The notes beneath the pieces were generated by a model, which was not told the origin of the DNA, did not search any database, and saw only the letters and a program-made list of their open reading frames with translations. Below are positions 23,711-35,297 of a stretch of DNA of 64,000 nt, in pieces (position 1 is the stretch's first letter; each line of letters starts with the position of its first letter). A program made the position numbers and the translations under genes. Source of the DNA: Octopus sinensis (Eukaryota); the NCBI RefSeq assembly GCF_006345805.1, contig NC_043001.1:20212001-20276000 (forward strand), written 5' to 3'.

Positions 23711-24639
23711 CTAACACTCAATTGTACTTTGTACATTTCTGTCATTTCTTTCATTAATCCTCTCCAAGAAAGCAGATAACTGATCATTCCCCACTTCTGA
23801 AACAGTATGGCTTACGCTGTCACTTCCGTTCAGTCTAGAGTTTGTAAATGTATTGTTTTTATATACTTCAAATGACATACAGTCAGAAACTTTTGAATTC
23901 TTGTCAAAATTGAAATTAGACAAAGTATCATTAATTTCAAATTTGGGGAACATGTCAGTGTACCAATTGGGAAACATCCTTTGTTTATAGTCTCGAGAAA
24001 CTAAAGCATCATTTAAATTTTGTATTTCTCGACTTTCTTTCCAGTTCATTTGGAATTTTACATGGGATCTACTTGGCTGTATTTCAGACTGTTGGTCATT
24101 TATGTCACACAAGAGATTTTCAATTTGATTCAAGTCCAGACTATTATTATTTGCCAATACATTTGGCCTGTATAAGTAATACATATTTTCTTGGGAATCT
24201 GAGCATAACTGAGAATTTTCAAAATTACTCAGATCTTCAAATGTTACATGAAAAATGTTCTTTGATTGATTTATATTATCTGTGCAGAATTTAACAAGCT
24301 CAATTGTAAAATCAGCCATTTCTTGACCAATTCCATTTTTCCCCTCATTCTGGCAGTGATAATACAGACCATCTGAATGAACAATAATGAAGGTGTTGAA
24401 ATAGTCATAAACATGTTGAATTTGTTTCTTAAGCAATTTGTTTCTTTTTAATTTCATTTTGTGGGAACTTCTTACATGTAAACTTGTATAACTGTTTAGC
24501 ATTATAGTTAGTTCTTTGACGGCAGCACAGTGCTCCATGGGGTGAGGGAAACATATAACCAAGCCTTGTTGCTGAGCTGTGTCCTGGTTTACGTTGGTGC
24601 ACTGTAAATATTTCAAACATTTTCTTCTTTGAAGTATCA
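23711..24639 (-). CDS. IL-17-receptor-like gene, terminal exon: SEFIR-like domain plus IL17RA/RD-type extension
   Basis: Acceptor tctgatttacag; 929-nt open frame starting ILQRRK (stop-transfer); LVICFPHPMEHCAAVKELTIMLNSYTSLHV...FIIVHSDGLY...IFHVTF...YYL...LNQIENLLCDI follows the SEFIR pattern; WKESREIQNLNDAL...FPNWY resembles the IL17RA GRQL..A....PDWF extension. Confidence 0.8.
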
Positions 24640-24949
24640 CTGTAAATCAGACAGATTAGAAAATTTACGTTTCAATATGAGAAGAAAAGAAAAGAAAAAA
24701 AGCATAAAACAAGAAACAGAAATGTAATACATTGACAATAAGTGATAACAAATTTTTTTACCACATGTCATCATCATCATCATCATCATCATTTAATGTC
24801 CGCTTTCCATGCTAGCATGGGTGTTTATGTTTAGTTGTGTTCTGAAGACAAGTATGATTACAAACTAAACATTAAGTGCTTAATCTTAGCATACAACAGT
24901 TGAAACAAAACAATGAAAATTCTAAGCATATTTGAATCTTGTGAATATT

Positions 24950-24979
<30 letters not shown>

Positions 24980-24980
<1 letters not shown>

Positions 24981-25320
24981 AATTATTGTATACAGTGTCA
25001 AAAGTGCGTATAGAGCATATGCAGTAATGTACAAATGTCTGGAAAGCGAACAGTGTATGGGTCAGATACATGCTTGCATGTGTATGGAGGGGAGAAAATC
25101 AGGTGTAGTGTTGGCGAATCTCAGGAAGCATGGTAGTTTTGAAGGATGCAGTGCTCCGACAACTAACAACAGAAGCCGGCAGTTTGTTCCATGCTTCAAC
25201 AACTCATAGTGTGAAAAAATGTTTCCGAAAGTCATGGGAGCTGTGCTGTTTTCTGACTTTGTAAACATGTCCTCGGGTGTTAGACAGGTGGAGTTTGAAA
25301 AGGTGCTCAGAGTTATGTGG
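24980..25320 (-). mobile_element. CR1-type LINE 3' fragment
   Basis: NTRGH.YKVRKQHSSHDFRKHFFTL plus (TTA)n tail. Similar 3' fragments at ~26240-26500, 29640-29910, 45790-46290 and 46800-47225. Confidence 0.85.
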
Positions 25321-25786
25321 GAAATAGTTTTTAATGATGGAACTCAAAGTAGATAAAGCTATAAATAATAGCATGTAAATACTGGGTTTAAAAAATTCCT
25401 TGGATAACCGTGTGACAGTCTTTGACTTTTCCAAAGGGTTTTACTTAACCTAACATTTCCATGTTATACTTTCTAGCTTTATCATGGTTTATATAAAAAT
25501 GTGTAAATGTTGGGTTAAAACAAAAAAGAACAACATTTACACATTATTATTCATAGGGCCTTTATCAAAGCAGTGGACTGACCAAATTGTTAGTTTGCTG
25601 AACAAAAAGTGCTCAGCAGCAATTCTTTGAATTGAATAATAAACGGAAAATTCACATTCAGACTTATTAATCCTCTATCAATTCTGTGTTTGTTCTACTT
25701 TAAACACATTCACACAGAAACTGAAACAGCTTCTAAATTTATAAAAATTATAAATTATAATCATCACATTTCAAAGATATACTTAC

Positions 25787-25868
25787 TAAATAAGCAGATA
25801 ATTAAAGATAAAATCAAAACAAGGATCAAAATCCAAATAGCTGAGCCCTGACTACTGCCTTTCAGGGG
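25787..25868 (-). CDS. IL-17R-like gene, transmembrane exon (phase 0-1)
   Basis: Acceptor tttttccacaacacgcatccag, donor TTA|gtaagt; PLKGSSQGSAIWILILVLILSLIICLF; final A + TG of the next exon gives M-ILQRRK in frame. Confidence 0.85.
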
Positions 25869-25970
25869 CTGGATGCGTGTTGTGGAAAAATAAGGTTGAC
25901 TGGTTGTATTAATAAAACTCACTAAAATATACCAAAAGAAAAAATATCAATTCAACATATCAAATATCAG

Positions 25971-26156
25971 CAGGGTGGGTCAAAATTCATGCACCAAAAC
26001 ATTTGAGATTTTATTTATATCATGTCATTATTATCATTATTTCATTTTACTCATCATGTACAAGAACACGTGTATTCATCATCATTGTATTTATCTTTGA
26101 AAAATTGAAGCATGTTTTTGACAATTCCAGAGTGTGTTGACTTTTGGCCCACCCTG
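25971..26156. mobile_element. Tc1/mariner-type MITE
   Basis: TIRs cagggtgggtcaaaa / ttttggcccaccctg followed by TA. Confidence 0.65.
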
Positions 26157-26669
26157 TATAAGTAACTTATTGGTGTAGAAGGAAAGAGATAGGGTCACTG
26201 CAACACATTTAGGCACCCAGGATCCTTTAAAATAATAATAATAATGAAACTATTGTATACAGTGCTCAGGTGCACCACAACTTGTCAGAAAGTGCATATA
26301 AAGCATATGCAGTAATGTACAAATGTCTGGAAAGTGAACAGTGTATGAGTCAGATACAAGCTTGCATGTGTATGGAGGGGGGGGGGGAATCAGGTGTAGT
26401 GTTGGCGAATCTCAGGAAGCATGGAAGTTTTGAAGGATGCAGTGCTCCAATAACTAACAACTGATGCTGGCAGTTTGTTCCATGCTTCAGCAACTCTTGG
26501 CATGATTTTATCTCTTACTTGTTTCAATCATGAGACTGTGGCCATTTTGGGGCACCACCTTGAAGAATTTAAGATGAGCAAATCAACCCCACTTATTCTA
26601 TTAGTTCCTTTTGCTGAACCACTAAGTCACAGGTATGTAAACACACCAGCACCAGTTGTCAGGTGGTGG

Positions 26670-26711
<42 letters not shown>

Positions 26712-27432
26712 CACACACACATGACGAGCTTCTTTCAGTTCTCTTCTACCAAATCCATTCACAAGGCTTTGGTTGGCTCAAAGCTATAGTAGAAGGCACT
26801 CGCCCAAGGTGCCACACAGTTGATTGAACCCAGAACCATGTGACTGGGAAGCAAGCTTCTTACCACACAACCATGTTTGTGCCTATCTAAAATAAAAAGA
26901 AGATGAAGAAAAATGTGATGCGGTTGATTGGCCTGAAGTCACACACTAATACATTCCAAGCTCTGGCTTACAGACATACTGTTTCCGTTTTTTATTTTTT
27001 CAACTATTACAACAACAACCTCTTTTCCTCAGAGTTGGCTGGTTTCATTCTACTCAGGACTCACTCATCTTTCTTCCTCTCACCTCCCATATTGTGTCCA
27101 TCACCTTAAGCCCTGCACCCTGATACCCACTCCCTAAATGTTGGTTCTCTAAAATGCTCATTTTACTTACAGCTGTCCACTTGTAACTATTTAAGTCTTA
27201 CTGGTCTCAGAGGGTCTTCCTAAAAATATGGACATAGTGCTTTGTTTCTGGTCAAAGAAGTGAGAAGAAAAATTCTTGTGAGTGAATAAGGTGACATAAA
27301 CTATATCGAAACCTGTTAGAAGAATTGTACCCATAATCCATAGAGCCAACCTGGTACCATTATAAGTTGCATTAATTCTGCCTAGGGAATATTTTAAGAG
27401 TGAAAATGCTTATGGATCACTCTTCCACTTAC

Positions 27433-27550
27433 ATTGTGACATCTGATGGATTGTACCTTAATGTAAAGGCCTATTCTTGTCCCACAAGTCAACTTGAGAA
27501 TTACATTAAAGTTACCAATGTCTGTCAAGTACTCAACCAGTTCGACTGTT
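27433..27550 (-). CDS. IL-17R-like gene, juxtamembrane ectodomain exon (phase 2-0; alternative acceptor at 27545)
   Basis: Acceptor tctgtgtctgcag, donor AAT|gtaagt; only open frame is TVELVEYLTDIGNFNVILKLTCGTRIGLYIKVQSIRCHN, in phase with the TM exon. Confidence 0.75.
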
Positions 27551-28033
27551 CTGCAGACACAGAATTATTCTAACTGGTTGGGGTAGTCCCATTTTTCAAA
27601 GAACTAGAATATTTGTTTCAAATTTTGTCACAAAGATAGCTATTTCAGGGGATGGGGCAAGCCAATTACACCGACCCCAGTGCTTAACTGGTACTTATTT
27701 TATCAATTCAAAAGGATGAAAGGCAAAGTCAATCTCAGCAGAATTTGAACTCAGAACACAAAGACAGACAAAATTCCACAAAGCATTTTCTCCAGCAAAA
27801 TTCTGTTAGCTTGCCGCTTAAAAGAACTGGAATACTAATTGTTAAAACTAAAAACAAATCCATTTATTTTGCTTCAGTTTCTTTAATAAAACGAAAGTAA
27901 CAGAATTGAAATTTAAATTTTCAGTAATCAAAATTTAAGTGGCTTTTCTCACCTGGTGCCAGTGTAGTTATCTGTTCAAAATCTCCACACAAGTTTTGTT
28001 TTGCTTGAAGCTCCAAAGAAGTGTTCCAGTTAC

Positions 28034-28076
28034 CTTGACACAAAAGTCGACATATTAATTAGCCATGAAAGTAGAA
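28034..28076 (-). CDS. IL-17R-like gene, 43-nt exon (phase 1-2)
   Basis: Acceptor ttttcaaatgcag, donor AAG|gtaact; (F)LLSWLINMSTFVS(R). A competing donor CAG|gtgaga lies at 27953. Confidence 0.5.
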
Positions 28077-29301
28077 CTGCATTTGAAAATTAAATTCTTA
28101 CCCTGTTCCCAAGAGAAATATTTTCAGTATAAAATAGAGTTGAAATACTGCATAAAACTTAATATTGAATCAGTGTTTTTAGTTGTAAAGATAGATGAGA
28201 TATCATGATAAAACTTTAAAAGATATTGATTCCTTTTGTTTATTGCTAGAAGTTAGAATCTACCAAAAACAAAGAGAGGAAATCAATTAAAATAACATAT
28301 CTGATACAATAATGAAATTATAACTGCTATAAGTGAAGAAATCAAATATTTTATGTAACTGATAACGATTTTCATTCAATATATATGTATTTGTATATAT
28401 TTGAATATATATTTTAGCATGCACGCACCCCCCCCACCACACACATACACACAAATATAGTGTGTTATTATGGCTAGACAGTGTTGATCATATGTCTATT
28501 CCAATAAAGATAACATGTAGCTAAACAACTAACCAATCAATCAACCAAAATAAATAAGTGAGCCATTCTGTGATCACTTAACATGCTAGAAATAATAGCC
28601 AAATCTTCCTCAAATCACACCCTACTATCTTGTTAAAAGAAAGACATACTCTTTTAGTCTTTTTTACTCTTTTACTTGTTTCAGTCATTTGACTGCGGCC
28701 ATGCTGGAGCACCGCCTTTAGTCAAGCAAATTGACCCCGGGACTTATTCTTTCTAAGCCTAGTACTTATTCTATTGGTCTCTTTTGCTGAACTGCTAAGT
28801 TACGAGGACGTAAACACACCAGCATCGGTTGTCAAGCAATGCTAGGGGGACAAACACAGACACACAAACACACACACGCATATATATATATACATATATA
28901 CGATGGGCTTCTTTCAGTTTCTGTCTACCAAATCCACTCACAAGGCTTTGGTCGGCCCAAGGCTATAATAGAAGACACTTGCCCAAGGTGCCACGCAGTG
29001 GGACTGAACCCGGAACCATGTGGTTGGTAAGCAAGCTACTTACCACACAGCCACTCCTGCGCCTCAAACTATGTAATCAAAGACATACAAGATAATCGTG
29101 GCTGAAAAGGATTTTATCATGAATTTACTGAATGAGGCTAACCTAAGACTAAACAAGAAGGAAGATCAACCACAACAGAACAATTTCATTCAAGAAAATG
29201 TCATTTTATCTTTTCAAATCAAGTTCTAAATAAAATAATTGAAATTTGGAAAATGTTTGTAAGTTCTTTTCCCTTCAAAATAGAACTGTCACATTACTTA
29301 C

Positions 29302-29356
29302 ATGGAATCCTTAAAAATGTAGCTAAGTATGGTTTGTTAAGTTGTAAGGGCTTCAC
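29302..29356 (-). CDS. IL-17R-like gene, exon (phase 0-1)
   Basis: Acceptor tttctttatttatatgatcgtttag, donor CAT|gtaagt; only open frame is VKPLQLNKPYLATFLRIP. Confidence 0.7.
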
Positions 29357-32238
29357 CTAAACGATCATATAAATAAAGAAATGAAGAATAAACATACATT
29401 TAAAAAGAGACACTAAGACACGGAGTTTTGATAATAATTACAATGTAAAAATAAACTTTTACTTTATGAATGGACATGAATTAGATTGCATACACACACA
29501 CACACACAAACATACCCGCTATACTCCTCGGAGTGGTTGGTGTTAGGAAGGGCATCCAGCTGTAGAAACACTGCCAGATCAGATTGGGGCCTGGTGCAGC
29601 CACCTGGCTTCCCAGACCCCAGTCAAACCGTCCAACCCATGCATGGAAGTTTTGAAGGATGCAGTGCTCCAACAACTAACAACTGATGCCAAAAGTTTGT
29701 TCCATGCTTCAGCAACTCTCAGCGTGAAAAAATGTTTCCAAAAGTCATGGGGGCTGTGCTGTTTTCTGACTTTGTAAACATGTCCACGAGTGTTAGACAG
29801 GTGGAGTTTGAAAAGGTGCTCAGAGTTATTGTTAGTAAGATGGTTAATAATTTTATGGGTGTCTGTCAAGTCAGCTGCCAGACGTCGGAGTTTAAGGGCA
29901 TCCAGGCATAGAATTCATGTAAGAGCAGACAATGGAGTCTAGTAAGGCCCCTAGCCTTACCTGCTCAGGTCAAACCATCCATCATGGAAAACAGACATTA
30001 AATGAAGATGATAATGATAAAGGGACTCAACATCATAACAATATCACACAATACAGCTATACATTTAAGTATCGAGCACAGTTTATACTAATATTAGATA
30101 TTAGTTTCAAATTTCAGCTCAAAGCCAGCAGGTTTGGAAAGGGGTTAAGTTGATTGCATCAACCTCAAAGTTCAACTGGTACTTCTTTTATCAACCGCAA
30201 AAGGGATAAAAAGCAAAGTTGACTCAGCGGAATTTGAACTCAGAACGTAAAAACGTCCATCGTGCTAATGATTCTGCCAGCTTGCCACCTTACATTCACT
30301 TGTAATAATGAAACTTGTTAAATTACAATAGATAATGTAATAATACAGATAATTAAATGTAATTTAGAGATGTACATGGCTCAGTGGTTAGAGTGTCAGG
30401 CTCATAATCATGAGGTAGTGAGTTCGATTCCTGGACTAGGCTGTGTGTTGTGTCCTTGAGCAAGACACTTTATTTCACATTGCTCCAGTTCACTCATCTG
30501 TAGAAATGAGTTGCGACGTCACTGGTGCCAAGCTGTATCAGCCTTTGCCTTTCCCTTGGATAACATTGGTGGAACGGAGAAGGGAGGCTGGCATGCATGG
30601 ACAACTGCTAGTCTTCCTTAAACAATCCTGCCTGAACTTGTGCCTCAGAGGGTAACTTTCTAGGTGCAACCCCATGGTCATTCATGATCAAAGAGGTCTT
30701 TACCATTTACTTGTCAGATCAATGATTTGATTTGAGACCATGTGTTGAAACTAAAACAATTGTAGCAGGGAAGACAAACACTGGTTTCAAATTTTGGCAC
30801 AAGGCCAGCAAGTATTGGAAAGGGGTTAAGTTAATTACATCAACCCCAGTAATTATCGACTCTGAAAGGATAAAAGGCAAAGTCGACCTCAGTGAAATTT
30901 GAACTCAGAACATAACGACAGAGGCAACGCCACTAAGCATTTTGCCTGGCATACTAACAATTCTGCCAGCTTGCTGCCTTAAATTTCCAGGTTATATTAA
31001 CACAAGTTCATTAGGCCTTTAATGAGATACTGCCATAATTACTCTAACATTTGCAATTTTTTTAATTCTCCAAGATCATATCTTCGCAAAGACGGACAAG
31101 ATATTGCTGAGCATTTTGCCTGGCACGGTAACCGTTTAAGGTGGTGAACTGGTAGAAACGTTAGCACGCCGGGCGAAATGCTTAGCAGTATTTCGTCTGC
31201 CACTACGTTCAGAGTTTAAATTCTGCCGAGGTCGACTTTGCCTTTCATCCTTTCGGGGTCGATAAATTAAGTACCAGTCGATATAATTGACTTAATCCGT
31301 TTGTCTGTCCTTGTTTGTCCCCTCTGTGTTTAGCCCCTTGTAGGTAGTAAAGAAATAGGTAACAGTTCTACTAAGGCGGCGAGCTGGCAGAAATGTTAGC
31401 ACGCTGGGCGAAATGCGTAGCCGTATTTCGTCTGCCGTTACGTTCTCAGTTCAAATTCCACCAAGGTCAACTTTGCCTTTCATCCTTTCGGGGTCAATAA
31501 ATTAAGTACCAGTTATGCACTGGTGTCGATATAATCGACTTAATCCGTTTGTCTGTCCTTGTTTGTCCCCTCTGTGTTTAGCCCCTTGTGGGTAGTAAAG
31601 AAATAGGTAACACTTCTGCCAGCTTGCTACCATTGTTGAAGGCACATATTAGCAACTAAGTTTCAGTGACTACATTATAGGTGTAACAATGAAAAGGCTG
31701 ACACCAAATAATGAATATTTAAGTAAGTCAACGGTTTTTGCATGTCCTGAATGGTTAATATGTGTCTTCCATATTGTAATTATATAAAACATATTGTTAT
31801 ATAAGTGTGTCTAATGTTGTAGTGACATTGATCAATAGATGTCCAAGGTGAGCACCAACCATTGAACACCTGGTGTATGGGTTCATTGAAACGTTTTGTA
31901 ATTTAAGTACGCTCCATTGGCTGTATAATATTTAACACCTGCTGTTTCTATTGAAGTAGTAAATCTAGGTCAATAGACAAATTTTAATCTGCAATAAATT
32001 TATTTCATCTCATGAGTCAATGGAGTTCTATAAAACTCATAGGCTTTTTTCTTGCCACCAAAACTATAATTTTTACAAAATTTTATAAAATCTACTCAGA
32101 GCCAGGATTTCTCTCTTACCCACACTTTCAGTGATACTTGGACATGACATCAGTTTCATAACCTTTCCTATTTTTTTATCTCAGTTTTGTTCAATACATA
32201 ACCTCTTTTGCTGTAGAGTCTCGAAATATAGAAGAAAT

Positions 32239-32676
32239 GGATCTTTTCGGTTTGAACGGCAGTTTTTAACATAATTTCCACGTAACTAAAAAATTTTAAA
32301 CTTCATATACTGATAGAATGTGATTATAAAACATCTTTTTCTATTGGCTTTATTGAGAAAATTCTATAGTTTGTAAGATATTTGTTGTTTTTTTTCTTCA
32401 ATTTCTGCAATTTCAACCAATCAATGACGTCTATTGAGTTAAAAACATTCTGTGCCGTATGAATATGTCCCTCATTTAAGAAACAGATTGGGTTTATTTA
32501 CATTTCTGAAGAAAAAAAGATACCCTTCCCTCCACCCCTAACCCTAACCCTAATCCAAACCCTAACTAACCCTAAAACAGATTGAAACGCAATAGATCAA
32601 TACTAGGGTCATAATTATGGGTGACAATTTCATATGACACCGCTAGAAAAAACTGCTGTTCAAACCGAAAAGATCC
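32239..32676. mobile_element. Merlin-like MITE with internal telomere-like (CCCTAA)n tract
   Basis: TIR ggatcttttcggtttgaacggcag / ctgctgttcaaaccgaaaagatcc, perfect 8-bp TSD gaagaaat, ccctaa repeats at ~32536-32576. Confidence 0.8.
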
Positions 32677-34278
32677 GAAGAAATGTTTGTAGTGTGATAT
32701 AAATCTACAACTAGTCAAGCCTCAAACACTATGTAAGTTTGTAACAGTACTTTAATGGTGGAGGGAACTTGTGGAAGAGGTAGATCCAGGAAGTCATGGG
32801 ATGAGGTGGTGAAGTACGAACTTCAAAGGTTGGTCTTCATAGAGGCAATGACAAGTAACTGGGACCTTTAGTGATATGCTGTGCTTGAGGAGACTTGTCA
32901 AGCCATCACAGCTGATGCCAGTGTTGTGTAAGTGGCATGTAAAAAGCACCCTTCAAACATTGGGCGATATGCTATGCTTGTAAAGACCTGTCAAGCCAAG
33001 TGAAATCATAGTTGTGGCTGGTACTAGTGCCGTCTGACTGGCACCCATGCTGGTGGCACATAAAAAGCACTGTTCAAGCGTTGGGCCTCATGGGGGCAGC
33101 GACAGGTGACTGAGACATTTGGCAGTATACCATGCTTGTGTAGACTTGTCAAGCCATGTGGGATCATAGTCATGGCCGATGCTGGTGTCAGGTAAATGGC
33201 ACCCATGTCAGTGGCATGTAAAAAACACCCACTACACTCATGGAGTGGTTAGCATTAGGAAGGACATCCGCTGGTAGAAACCTTGCCAAATCAGATTTGA
33301 ACCTGGTGCAGTTCCCCAGCTTACCAGTTTTCAGTATAACTGTCCAACCCAAGCCAGCATAGAAAACAGGTGTTAAATGATGATGATGATGATGATGATG
33401 ATGATCGGTAAACGTCTGCTTTCCATGCTAGCATGGGTTGGACGATTTTGACTGAGGGCTGGCGAACCAGGCTCCAATCTTGATTTGGTAGAGTTTCTAC
33501 AGCTGGATGCCCTTCCTAACGCCAACCACTCCGAGAGTGTAGTGGGTGCTTTTTACATGCCACCAACTATGTCAAATCCCTTCTTCTTAAACCTAAACCC
33601 ACTAGAATTCTTTTCTGGCTAATGATTTTCCTGTAGACATCATCTTATAGAAGTTTAAATTTAACATCAACTGCATCAATTCCTCAAGGGCCAAAAAATA
33701 GATTTGTGGAACTTTCTCTTTCTCATGATTAAGCCATTGTTGTAAATGGCTTAATTATGAAGAAACAAATGCCAGTAAGTTAATTTCAAACCTTGGAAAT
33801 TGCTCATTCATTAAAGTTATTTGCTAAGTTAAATCATGATTATTTGAATCATAATTATTTATGCCAACGAGCATATGGTTAGTGGTTAAGTTCGTGGGTT
33901 ACTAACCCCAAGATTCCGAGTTCGATACCAGGCAGTAACCTAAATAATAATATTCGTTGTAGTGCACCTGAGCACTGTACACAATGTTTTCTTTATTATT
34001 ATTATTAAAAGCAAACAATACAATATAAACTCTCAGCTAAACAGTCTTGTAATTCATTCAATGAATTTGTTTTGGTCATTGGCTGTGGCTATGCTGGAGC
34101 ACTACTTTGAAAAAAATTAGTCAGATGAATTGACCTCAGGACTCATTTTTAAGTCTAGTACTTATTCCACCATTCTCTTTTGCCAAACTGCTAAGTTATG
34201 GGCATATAAAATCAATACTGATTATCAAGCAGTGGCAGGGTGTGGGTGGGGGAAGACAAATACGGACACAAAAACATG

Positions 34279-34330
<52 letters not shown>

Positions 34331-34399
34331 CATCATCATCCTATAATGTCCGTTTGCTATGTTAGCATGCATGCATGCATGCATACATACATACATACA

Positions 34400-34570
34400 T
34401 ACATACATCTCTTTTATAGAGAGTTAGCTAAAGGAGAACGACCTCCAAGCCAAAAAAGAGGTATAAGGACTTGCTGAGGGCTTCCTTAAGAGATGCTTGC
34501 ATCTCTCCTGACACATGGGAAGGCATAGCTATTGACGTAGCAGGTGGAGAAGGATTGTGCATGAGAGGAC
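34400..34570 (+). mobile_element. RTE-like LINE C-terminal fragment
   Basis: LFYRELAKGERP...KRYKDLLRASLRDACISPDTWEGIAID..GWRR with a frameshift. Confidence 0.6.
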
Positions 34571-34636
34571 AGCCACTTTTGAGAAATCTTGAGTTGCACA
34601 TACATACAAACATACATACATACATACATACATACA

Positions 34637-34900
34637 TCTCTTTGAAAATCAAAGTAAAAGAGGATATCTTTGGACAGCTGCATCAAAACCTCCACCTTCT
34701 ATATCCAGACTATGAATTCATGTTCATACCAATAATAATGGGAGCATTAGGTTTTGTTAGTAAATGCTTAAAGGAGAATCTGGATAAACTGGGATTTCCA
34801 GAAAGACTAATCAACCGGCTAATTTGTACATTACAAGTGCAATCTGTGAGTGGAACAGTAAAAGTATGCAAGACTTCTCTCAAGTTCCAGATGTGAAATT
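34637..34900 (+). mobile_element. R4/Dong-like (restriction-like endonuclease) non-LTR retrotransposon 3' fragment after (CATA)n
   Basis: KEDIFGQLHQNLHLLYPDYEFMFIPIIMGALGFVSKCLKENLDKLGF...LQVQSVSGTVKVCKTSLKF* resembles the REL-clade C-terminus (PI..GALG). Confidence 0.65.
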
Positions 34901-35219
34901 GTCAGTGTTAACTACATCCCAAAGATGGAGCTTTGTATTTTGTTGGAAATCGGCTCCTTTCTCAGTGGAAGATTTATAAAAATAAAAAAATAGAAAAGAG
35001 AGAGAGAGACATACATACATACATACACACACAAACACAATGAGTTTCCATGGCTTCCACCTATCAAATTCACTCATAAGGCATTGGTGAGCTTGACTCT
35101 ATAGTAGAAGACACTTGCCTAAGGTTCTGTGCAGTTGGACTGAACCCAAAACCACATGGTTACCTATGCTTGTGCCTATCAAATTTAACTATTTTTGAAG
35201 AAATCTTTAAATTACTCAC

Positions 35220-35297
35220 CATTATTCGATATGTCCGTTTACATTCTTGGAAGCAAGAGTAGTTGAAAAAAACCTGGGCTTTTTTGGTTTGACGATG
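35220..35297 (-). CDS. IL-17R-like gene, exon (phase 0-0) with C-x3-C motif
   Basis: Acceptor aatccttttttccaaag, strong donor ATG|gtgagt; HRQTKKAQVFFNYSCFQECKRTYRIM, compare IL17RA VQIQPFFSSCLNDCLRH. Confidence 0.7.

Noticed and set aside
25204-25434. Hydrophobic ORF (IYMLLFIALSTLSSII) as the receptor TM segment
   Set aside because: No usable splice sites, it runs into a CR1 fragment, and the true TM exon at 25787-25868 fits phase exactly
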